32,000 nt of DNA from Telmatocola sphagniphila (GTDB lineage Bacteria; Planctomycetota; Planctomycetia; Gemmatales; Gemmataceae). Both the position numbers and the translations under genes were made by a program. A model generated the notes under the pieces. That model made no database searches, was not told the origin of the DNA, and saw nothing but the letters and a program-made list of their open reading frames with translations. How positions within the stretch are numbered: position 1 is the stretch's first letter; the number at the start of each line of letters is the position of its first letter. Where the stretch lies: contig NZ_CP074694.1 in NCBI RefSeq assembly GCF_018398935.1, positions 1,170,001 to 1,202,000 on the forward strand, written 5' to 3'. This document shows positions 24,624 through 32,000 of the stretch, one piece after another.

Positions 24624-25916
24624 ATGGAACAATTAAAACATTCCTCCGAAGGTATTTCCCCAACCCTGCGGCTTATGCGCCTCCTTCCTTTCCCGGCCGT
24701 ATTTGGCCTGGCCTTGGGTTTAGGATGCCAGCCGAAGCCTACTATCATTGCAGAAGCGCCAACTCCTGTAATTCCGGTGAGCCACCCGGTTGAGCGGGAG
24801 GTAACGGACTATGTGGACTACACGGGTCGGACGGACGCCAAAGACTCCGTCAGCGTGCGTGCTCGGGCTACCGGGTACTTGACCAAAGTGAATTTCAAGG
24901 AAGGTGCTGACGTCAAAGAAGGGGACTTGCTGTTCGAAATCGATCCGCGGCCTTACCAGGTGTTGGTCGATCAGGCCAAAGCTCAGGTGGTATTGAACGA
25001 AGCCACGAAACTTCTGGCCACTCAGACTCTAAAGCGAGATAAATCGGCCTTGGCAGCCGTGGCCCAGCAGCAGATCGAGCAGGATCAGGCGACCTTGGAT
25101 CAAGCCGATGCTCAAATTAAGGTGGCTAAGGCCAATCTCGACACAGCCCTTCTGAACCTTGCTTTTACTAAGGTCACCTCGCCGATTAGTGGTCGTATCA
25201 GCCGATATTATTACACGGCCGGCAACCTGATCACGCAAGACCAGACCATGCTTACAACCATAGTCTCTATGGACCCGCTTTATACCTATTTCGACATGGA
25301 TGAGCGTACCTATCAAAAGGTCGTCAAAGCCATCAACGATGGGAAGATCAAGCTGTCCACCGGGGACGTAGAAACGCCCGCTCCTATCCCCGACTTGCCA
25401 GTTAACATGGCTCTCGAAGGTGAGGAAGGATTTCCACATGAAGGCCGGATCAATTTTATCAACAATCAGGTAAACTCTGCGACCGGAACGATTGCTGTTC
25501 GAGGGATCTTTTCCAATCCCCGGCCCAAGGGAGGCATCTGGACGTTGGCTCCTGGGATGTTCGTCCGGATTCGGCTGCCGATCGGCGTTCCCCATAAGGC
25601 GCTGCTGGTGGTCGATAAGGCGATTGGATCGGATCAGGGTTTGAAATACGTTTACGTCGTCGATGCTGAAAACAAGATCCAGTATCGGCGCGTCAAGACC
25701 GGACCGCTGCAGGATGATGGTTTGCGCGTCATTGAAGAAGGTTTAAAAAGCGACGATTGGGTCGCAGTGGGGAATATGCAGCAGTTGCGGGCGAAAACGC
25801 TCGTGGAACCCGCTCCCTCCAGAATGCCAACACTGAGTCGTGGACCGGATACCTCCAAAACGCCGTTAAATGGTACTGAGAAAAAATCCAAGTCGGGCAC
25901 TGAGAAGAAAAAGTGA
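24624..25916 (+). CDS. Efflux RND periplasmic adaptor (membrane fusion protein), lipoprotein
   Basis: 430 aa. FGLALGLGC lipobox. VSHPVEREVTDYVDYTGRTDAKDSVSVRARATGYLTKVNFKEGADVKEGDLLFEIDPRPYQ is the canonical MFP lipoyl/hairpin start. A coiled-coil hairpin follows, then a Lys/Ser-rich tail. An alternative start is M18 (nt 24675). Confidence 0.9.
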   Translation: MEQLKHSSEGISPTLRLMRLLPFPAVFGLALGLGCQPKPTIIAEAPTPVIPVSHPVEREVTDYVDYTGRTDAKDSVSVRARATGYLTKVNFKEGADVKEGDLLFEIDPRPYQVLVDQAKAQVVLNEATKLLATQTLKRDKSALAAVAQQQIEQDQATLDQADAQIKVAKANLDTALLNLAFTKVTSPISGRISRYYYTAGNLITQDQTMLTTIVSMDPLYTYFDMDERTYQKVVKAINDGKIKLSTGDVETPAPIPDLPVNMALEGEEGFPHEGRINFINNQVNSATGTIAVRGIFSNPRPKGGIWTLAPGMFVRIRLPIGVPHKALLVVDKAIGSDQGLKYVYVVDAENKIQYRRVKTGPLQDDGLRVIEEGLKSDDWVAVGNMQQLRAKTLVEPAPSRMPTLSRGPDTSKTPLNGTEKKSKSGTEKKK

Positions 25917-25926
25917 GGTTTAGGAG

Positions 25927-28900
25927 ATGATCTCTCGCTTTTTTATCGATCGTCCCATCTTCGCGACGGTCCTCTCGATCTTCATCACGTTAACGGGAAC
26001 GATTGCGCTACTGTTTTTGCCGATCGCTCAATATCCGCGCATTACTCCGCCCGGCGTCTCCGTCTCCATCAGCTACCCCGGCGCCAGTGCCGAGGAGGTC
26101 GCGGATGCGGTGGGGGCACCTATCGAACAGCTCGTCAACGGCGTGCCAGGCATGCTCTATATGTCCTCCCAATCGGGCAACGATGGGAGCTACAGCCTGA
26201 CGGTTACCTTCGATATCGGTACCGATCTTAAGACCGCGCTGGTGATGGTGCAGAATCGCGTGACTCTGGCAATGCCGCTGTTACCAACGGCCGTGCAGAA
26301 CCAGGGCATCACCATTCGAAAACGAACTCCCGACATGCTGATGATTGTAAACTTCATCTCTCCCGACGGGCGGTATGATGATAAGTATCTCAGCAATTTT
26401 GCGACTATTTACGCCAAGGACGAGCTGCTAAGAGTCGATGGCGTTTCCGATATCAACATTCAAGGCCAGCGCGATTACAGCATGCGGATCTGGCTCGATC
26501 CACAGAAGCTCGCTTCTAGAAATATGACTGCGATCGATGTCGCGCAATCTCTGATGACTCAGAATATTGATGCACCGGCGGGACGAATCGGACAACCGCC
26601 GATTGATCCGGGTCAGTCGTTTCAACTTCCGCTCGACACGATCGGCCGTCTGAATGAAATCGAACAATTTGAGAACATCGTTATCAAGATTGGGGGCAGT
26701 CCCCCCATACTTTCTCCGATGGGAAAACTGATCTCGGATATCCCGGCCGTTCCGGTTGTGAGTTCGATTGTCAGTAGTCTCACGCCAAACAAGAATCTGA
26801 ACACCTCACCCGCCAACATACCCCTTCTGTCTGGCCTGACAGCGCCCAATCCCAGCGATAACTTAAACGCTTCCACGATCACGTTGCCCTCGAGTACTCC
26901 CATACCTTCTACTCCCGTGAGTCCTCTCACGGTTGCTGCGCCGGCCACCACTACGACGAATACAGATACAGGCACACTCACTACCACGAATAGTAATTCG
27001 ATGACCGGAAGTGAGGCTACGGGGGGTGGGGTCGGTGCACTCGGCTTGTCCAGCGGCAGCTCGACCGCTTCCATGCCTTCACCTTCTGCCAGCATCGTGC
27101 GACTCAAAGATGTGGCTCGCGTCGAACTGGGAGCTCAGAATTACAACACGATCTGTTCTTTCGATGGCCGCCCCTCCGTCGGTTTGGGACTCTATCAACT
27201 CCCCGGAACCAATGCCCTGGAAGTTGCCCAGAGAGTTCGCAAACGCATGGAAGAACTCCGAGTTAACTTTCCGGATGGTATCGATTACAAAATTGGTTAC
27301 GACACAACGACATTCGTAGCGGATTCTGTTAACGATGTGATCAAGACGCTCCTTGAAGCTCTCGGCTTAGTGGCGATCGTCGTTCTCATTTTTCTTCAAA
27401 GCTGGCGGGCTTCGATCATTCCGCTACTGGCTGTGCCGGTTTCGATAATCGGCACGTTCTCAATGATGGCGGCCCTAGGCTATAGCCTGAATAATATTTC
27501 GCTCTTCGGCTTGGTTCTGGCAATTGGGATTGTCGTCGACGATGCAATTGTGGTTGTCGAAAACGTGGAGCGCTGGATGGATCTGGGTCTCAGCTCACTC
27601 GAGGCCACCAAAAAGGCCATGGATGAAGTGACTGGGCCGATCATCGCTGTAGCCTTAGTGCTCTGTGCCGTGTTCGTTCCCTGTGCATTCATTCCGGGAA
27701 TGACCGGCCAGTTTTTCCGACAGTTTGCGGTTACGATTGCAGTTTCGACGCTCTTCTCCACGATTAATTCGCTCACTTTCAGTCCCGCCATCGCCGCAAT
27801 TCTTCTCAGGCCCCGTCACGCAAAGTTAGATCCCCTGGCATGGGTGATGAAATATACCCTGGGCTGGTTCTTCTGGATCTTCAACAAAATATTCAATTTC
27901 GGAACGAATAGTTATGCTTGGACCGTCGGAATTTTGATGCGGGTCAATCTTCTGGTGATTCTCGTTTACATCGGTCTTCTCATTCTGACGGTTCGAATTT
28001 TTCAGATTACCCCCAAAGGATTTATCCCGCAGCAGGACCAGGGACGTCTGATTGTAAACCTGCAATTGCCGGACTCGGCCTCTCTCGAACGAACTTCGGC
28101 CGCAGTCGCACTCGTCGAAAAGATTGCCAGAGAAACTCCTGGAGTGGCGCACACCGTTACCAACGCGGGAATGTCATTTTTATTGCAAGCGAATAGTCCC
28201 AACTTTGCCTCCATGTTCGTTGTGCTCGATCCTTTTGAAAAACGTCAGAAGCCTGAGCTTCGCGACACCGCGATAATGACGAAACTTCGCGCACGTTGGG
28301 CAGAAGAAGTCAAAGATGGCACTGTGACAGTTTTTGGAGCCGCACCCGTTCCGGGATTGGGAGTTGCCGGAGGTTTCAAATTCCTGATTCAGGACCGGGC
28401 TGGTTCAGGTGTGGAGGTGCTTCAAGAACAGTTGGATGAATTCGTCCGCAAGATCAAAAAAGTTCCCGGGATGAAGAGTGCGACATCGCAGTTTCGTTCG
28501 AAAACCCCTCAGGTTTATTTGGATGTCGATCGTTCCAAGGCCGCCTCTCTGGGGATCTCGTTTGACGACATAAATCAGACACTGAGCATCTATTTGGGTT
28601 CAGTTTACGTTAACAGCTACAACGACTTCGGTCGCCACTGGCAGGTTACCCTTCAGGCAGAAGGGAAATTCCGCAGTCAGATGGAAGATATCTCTCTTTT
28701 CCAGATCAGAAATAGCAGCGGGCAGATGGTTCCCCTGAGCACTCTCGTTCATGCCCAAGAGATTGGCGGACCAATATCAGTTACCCGTTACAATCTGTAC
28801 ACGGCGGCCGCTGTAAATGGCAATGTGGAAGTGGGGAGCGATGGTCAAGCTATAGCGGCTATCAATCAACTCGCACAGGACACGTTACCCTTAACGATGA

Positions 28901-29673
28901 AAATCGAATGGACCGAATTGATGTTCATGCAAATTCGGGCCGGCAGTACGGCGATTTACGTGTTCATACTTGCTGTGATCAGCGTCTTCTTGGCTCTTTC
29001 AGCTCTGTATGAAAGCTGGTCGTTGCCGCTGGCGGTTATCCTGGTGGTTCCACTTTGTTTGCTCTGTTCGGTCGAAGGGGTTCGAATCGCCGAGAAAGAC
29101 GTCAATATTTTCGTACAGATCGGCCTAGTTGTGCTTGTGGGATTGGCTTGCAAAAATGCGATTTTGATCGTCGAATTCGCCAAGCAAATGTATGACGCGG
29201 GGCATTCCCGATACGATTCCACGAAAGAGGCCTCGCGTCTTCGCCTCCGACCGATTCTGATGACTTCCTTCGCTTTTATTTTCGGCGTGATGCCACTTTT
29301 GGTCGCGTCCGGTGCCGGAGCGGAAATGCGTCGGTCCCTCGGGACTGCCGTGTTCAGCGGGATGCTGGGAGTGACTGTCTTCGGAATCTTTATGACTCCG
29401 GTCTTTTTCTATGTGATTCAGGGACTAAGCGATTCTCGATTTTTCTCCTCGACTCGAGCGCGAGCAATTACTCGTTATCTTTCTGTCGGCGCTGTCGGCG
29501 CGTTCGGGGGATTTGCCGTTTCCGGTCTGGGGCGTGGCACGATACTGATCGATTGCTCGATCGGAGCGGCGCTGGGCATGCTGCTCGTTCGCCTGGTTCG
29601 TGGTCTTTCGGTGACTCAAATTTTGCCCAAAAATAATTATGAACATCTGCCGAAAGCGGCTGAGGAGAAATAG
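25927..29673 (+). CDS. RND (HAE1/AcrB-type) efflux permease, paralog 1, unusually long (1248 aa)
   Basis: MISRFFIDRPIFATV N-terminus. GLVLAIGIVVDDAIVVVENVER (TM4 proton-relay DD) and LRLRPILMTSFAFIFGVMPL (TM10-11 region) align to AcrB throughout. It starts 10 nt after the MFP gene. Confidence 0.93.
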   Translation: MISRFFIDRPIFATVLSIFITLTGTIALLFLPIAQYPRITPPGVSVSISYPGASAEEVADAVGAPIEQLVNGVPGMLYMSSQSGNDGSYSLTVTFDIGTDLKTALVMVQNRVTLAMPLLPTAVQNQGITIRKRTPDMLMIVNFISPDGRYDDKYLSNFATIYAKDELLRVDGVSDINIQGQRDYSMRIWLDPQKLASRNMTAIDVAQSLMTQNIDAPAGRIGQPPIDPGQSFQLPLDTIGRLNEIEQFENIVIKIGGSPPILSPMGKLISDIPAVPVVSSIVSSLTPNKNLNTSPANIPLLSGLTAPNPSDNLNASTITLPSSTPIPSTPVSPLTVAAPATTTTNTDTGTLTTTNSNSMTGSEATGGGVGALGLSSGSSTASMPSPSASIVRLKDVARVELGAQNYNTICSFDGRPSVGLGLYQLPGTNALEVAQRVRKRMEELRVNFPDGIDYKIGYDTTTFVADSVNDVIKTLLEALGLVAIVVLIFLQSWRASIIPLLAVPVSIIGTFSMMAALGYSLNNISLFGLVLAIGIVVDDAIVVVENVERWMDLGLSSLEATKKAMDEVTGPIIAVALVLCAVFVPCAFIPGMTGQFFRQFAVTIAVSTLFSTINSLTFSPAIAAILLRPRHAKLDPLAWVMKYTLGWFFWIFNKIFNFGTNSYAWTVGILMRVNLLVILVYIGLLILTVRIFQITPKGFIPQQDQGRLIVNLQLPDSASLERTSAAVALVEKIARETPGVAHTVTNAGMSFLLQANSPNFASMFVVLDPFEKRQKPELRDTAIMTKLRARWAEEVKDGTVTVFGAAPVPGLGVAGGFKFLIQDRAGSGVEVLQEQLDEFVRKIKKVPGMKSATSQFRSKTPQVYLDVDRSKAASLGISFDDINQTLSIYLGSVYVNSYNDFGRHWQVTLQAEGKFRSQMEDISLFQIRNSSGQMVPLSTLVHAQEIGGPISVTRYNLYTAAAVNGNVEVGSDGQAIAAINQLAQDTLPLTMKIEWTELMFMQIRAGSTAIYVFILAVISVFLALSALYESWSLPLAVILVVPLCLLCSVEGVRIAEKDVNIFVQIGLVVLVGLACKNAILIVEFAKQMYDAGHSRYDSTKEASRLRLRPILMTSFAFIFGVMPLLVASGAGAEMRRSLGTAVFSGMLGVTVFGIFMTPVFFYVIQGLSDSRFFSSTRARAITRYLSVGAVGAFGGFAVSGLGRGTILIDCSIGAALGMLLVRLVRGLSVTQILPKNNYEHLPKAAEEK

Positions 29674-29675
29674 AC

Positions 29676-32000
29676 GTGCTAGCACGGTTTTTCGTAGATA
29701 GACCGATTTTTGCCACAGTGATCTCGGTGATTATCACCTTGGCTGGTGCCGTCGCCGTTTTCTCTCTTCCCGTGGCTCAATATCCCGATGTGACGCCTCC
29801 TACTGTCCAGGTGATTGCCTCCTATCCCGGGGCCAATGCCACCACAGTTCGCGATACCGTAGCGGCTCCCATTGAGGAACAGGTTAGCGGCGTCGAAGGC
29901 ATGATGTACATGTCCTCGCGAGCCACCAACGACGGTTCATATACTCTCACGATCACATTCAAGCTGGGCATGGATTCCGATATGGCCCAGGTTCTCGTCC
30001 AGAACCGCGTTTCACTCGCGTTGCCGGTGATTCCGGCACTGGTGCAAAACGAGGGTATCACCGTCAAAAAGATGTCGCCCAATACCCTCATGATCGTAAA
30101 TCTGGTGTCCCCCAATGGGCGGTACGACGATTTGTTTTTAAGTAACTATGCCACCATTGATGTACGCGACGAATTGGGCCGACTGCCCGGCGTGGCCGGC
30201 GTCGCATACCTGGGCCAGCGGGACTACAGTCTCCGAGCATGGCTCGATCCCGACAAAATGGCGGCACTGAATATGAGTGCCATGGATGTGGTGACTGCCA
30301 TCGCCCAGCAAAATATGCAGGTGGCCGCCGGACAGATTGGTCAGCGTCCCGCTCCGATTGGCCAACAATTTCAACTCACGGTCAATACTCAAGGACGCTT
30401 GGTCGAACCCGAGCAATTTGCGAACATTATTCTCAAAGGCAGTCAGGATACCACGGGAAGCGGTACAGGAAGTGGCACCGGCGGTAATACGACAACGACA
30501 ACGGATGATACGCCGCAATCCACTAGCATCGTACGCTTGCGCGATGTGGCGCGGGTGGAACGTGGGGCCCAACAGTACGATCAGTCCTGCACTTTGGACG
30601 GGAAACCCTCGGTGGCGCTGTCGATCTATCAACTGCCAGGTTCGAATGCCCTCGAGACCGCGCGAGGCGTTTACGCCAAAATGAGAGAATTGAAAAACCG
30701 ATTCCCCGACGGCCTGGACTACAAAATTGTTTACGATACCACGCCTTTCATCCAGGAATCGGTCGACGAGGTTTTCTCGACTCTGCGGGATGCAGTGATT
30801 CTGGTGGCCATTGTCGTGCTGTTATTTTTGCAGGATTGGCGGGCGATGATTCTGCCCATGATCGACGTTCCTGTCTCGCTGATCGGAACTTTTGCCATTA
30901 TGTCTTTGATGAGTTTCACGCTGAATAATCTTACACTCTTTGGCTTGGTTCTGGCGATCGGGATTGTCGTCGATGACGCGATTGTGGTGCTTGAAAACAT
31001 CGAACGTCAGATGGCGACCGGACTGGACGCTCGGACGGCGACAATCAAAGCCATGGAAGAAATCACCGGGCCGGTGCTCGCGATCACTTTGGTACTCAGT
31101 TCGGTATTTATTCCCTGTTGTTTCCTCGGGGGTATCACCGGTCAATTTTTCCGCCAGTTCGCCGTGACGATTGCCGTTTCCACCATCATCTCCGCGATTA
31201 ATGCTCTGACCATGACTCCCTCCCGAGCGGTCTTAATTTTTAAATCGGACGAGACAAAAGGGGGCCATTATCATCATCGCAGAGAAGCGTTGCCCTGGTG
31301 GATCTTTGCCGTTGTTTTCGGCATTGTGACATTCCACTATGCTCCGGAATTTCTAGCAGGAAAGTATGGCTTCCCCCCATTACCCGCTCAAACGGCTGAG
31401 AAGGAGATTCAAACGCAGGATTGGATGAGCTGGTCGAAAGATTTTCTTCGTTATGGAATGCCCGGTGTGCTGTTAGGCATCGTATTTGGGTGGTTTCTTA
31501 TAAAACCGATCAATTTCACACTCGGATGGTTTTTCCGCAAATTTAATATCGTCTTCGATTGGGTCACGCGCGTTTACGGAAGCATCGTAGGATTCACCTT
31601 GAAACTGAGCGTGATCGTACTGCTGGCCTATTCCGGGCTGTTGTTTATGACGTATATCGAATTCGTTCGTACTCCGACGGGGTTCATCCCCGATCAGGAT
31701 AAGGGCTACCTAATCCTTAATGTGCAGTTGCCCGATTCCGCCTCCGTTGAACGCACCGAAGAGGTCATGCGTCAAATCGAAGAGACTGCACGTCAGATGC
31801 CGGGTGTGAAACATACTGTCGGTATTTCCGGTCAGTCATTTATCCTGAATGCGAATGCTCCCAATTTGGGATCCATGTACGTGATGCTGCAGGCTTTTGA
31901 GAAGCGTCGTACGCCCGAACTATCTGCCGAAGGCATCGCCAAAGCCATTCAGGAAAAATGTCGCGAAGTGACGGGCGAGGCCATCGTGACAGTTTTTGGC
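29676..32000 (+). CDS. RND (HAE1/AcrB-type) efflux permease, paralog 2; 3' end lies outside the window
   Basis: Not in the supplied ORF track because it is open-ended. Hand translation from GTG 29676 (GAGGAG 8 nt upstream, 2 nt after the previous stop) gives VLARFFVDRPIFATVISVIITLAGAVAVFSLPVAQYPDVTPPTVQV...GLVLAIGIVVDDAIVVLENIER...GFIPDQDKGYLILNVQLPDSAS. The frame stays open to nt 32000. Confidence 0.9.
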   Translation, partial: MLARFFVDRPIFATVISVIITLAGAVAVFSLPVAQYPDVTPPTVQVIASYPGANATTVRDTVAAPIEEQVSGVEGMMYMSSRATNDGSYTLTITFKLGMDSDMAQVLVQNRVSLALPVIPALVQNEGITVKKMSPNTLMIVNLVSPNGRYDDLFLSNYATIDVRDELGRLPGVAGVAYLGQRDYSLRAWLDPDKMAALNMSAMDVVTAIAQQNMQVAAGQIGQRPAPIGQQFQLTVNTQGRLVEPEQFANIILKGSQDTTGSGTGSGTGGNTTTTTDDTPQSTSIVRLRDVARVERGAQQYDQSCTLDGKPSVALSIYQLPGSNALETARGVYAKMRELKNRFPDGLDYKIVYDTTPFIQESVDEVFSTLRDAVILVAIVVLLFLQDWRAMILPMIDVPVSLIGTFAIMSLMSFTLNNLTLFGLVLAIGIVVDDAIVVLENIERQMATGLDARTATIKAMEEITGPVLAITLVLSSVFIPCCFLGGITGQFFRQFAVTIAVSTIISAINALTMTPSRAVLIFKSDETKGGHYHHRREALPWWIFAVVFGIVTFHYAPEFLAGKYGFPPLPAQTAEKEIQTQDWMSWSKDFLRYGMPGVLLGIVFGWFLIKPINFTLGWFFRKFNIVFDWVTRVYGSIVGFTLKLSVIVLLAYSGLLFMTYIEFVRTPTGFIPDQDKGYLILNVQLPDSASVERTEEVMRQIEETARQMPGVKHTVGISGQSFILNANAPNLGSMYVMLQAFEKRRTPELSAEGIAKAIQEKCREVTGEAIVTVFG

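Noticed and set aside
26622-27107. A 161-aa minus-strand ORF antisense to RND1
   Set aside because: It lies exactly opposite the low-complexity S/T/P insertion. Repetitive codon composition removes stop codons on the opposite strand. It has no start context or motifs.
29822-31167. Track ORFs in the last 2.3 kb: 29822-30115 (-), 30138-30632 (-), 30239-30487 (+), 30337-30684 (+), 30731-31000 (-), 30822-31145 (-) and 30940-31167 (+)
   Set aside because: All are shadow ORFs of the open-ended RND2 gene in the frame beginning at GTG 29676. That gene is missing from the track only because it has no stop codon within the window.
1-32000. A search for CRISPR arrays, tRNA/rRNA genes, IS elements, integrases, phage genes, toxin-antitoxin pairs and long dispersed repeats
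   Set aside because: I saw no regularly spaced direct repeats, no tRNA-like cloverleaf sequences in intergenic regions, and no transposase or recombinase-like ORFs. The only long similar segments are the paralogous DUF1559 5' ends and the RND1/RND2 conserved blocks. Scanning by eye cannot exclude small ncRNAs.

Overview
The window reads as ordinary chromosomal DNA from a member of Planctomycetota, assigned from gene content only because I could run no database search. The evidence is two paralogous 'prepilin-type N-terminal methylation motif + DUF1559 / H-X9-DG' genes, several secreted HEAT-repeat proteins and lipoproteins, and a Hanks-type kinase with an N-terminal LTPFQANKL-type helical region. 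I found no tRNA, rRNA, CRISPR array, transposase, integrase or phage gene.

Gene order is as follows. Plus strand: nadE (5'-truncated by the window edge), then a Tat-signal TIM-barrel isomerase/epimerase. Minus strand: a membrane protein, a tiny lipoprotein, DUF1559 gene #1, and a Ser/Thr kinase with a receiver-like C-terminus. Plus strand: an FHA-STAS fusion and a HEAT lipoprotein. Minus strand: a polytopic membrane protein, an ArsC/Spx-family protein, a lipoprotein and DUF1559 gene #2, followed by the rpmF-plsX-fabD-acpP-fabF operon. Plus strand: a HIT protein, a dGTPase-like HD protein, a PIN/TRAM protein and a TPR protein. Minus strand: ispD preceded by a small coiled-coil ORF. Plus strand: a TIM-barrel protein, Mn-type SOD, a small lipoprotein, a HEAT protein and an anchored hypothetical protein. 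The window ends with an efflux operon, MFP + RND + RND. The second RND gene (29676 to the window end) is absent from the supplied ORF track because it has no stop codon inside the window. I translated it by hand.

The candidates most worth follow-up are:
1. The divergent pair of a kinase with a degenerate receiver domain and an FHA-STAS fusion. This could be a partner-switching-type output wired to a eukaryotic-like kinase.
2. The MdtABC-like tandem RND pair. Both paralogs carry S/T/G/P-rich low-complexity insertions at the same periplasmic loop, and each has a different extra pair of hydrophobic helices.
3. The two DUF1559 + downstream lipoprotein modules.

None of these is proven novel from sequence alone. 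Most of the window is housekeeping.
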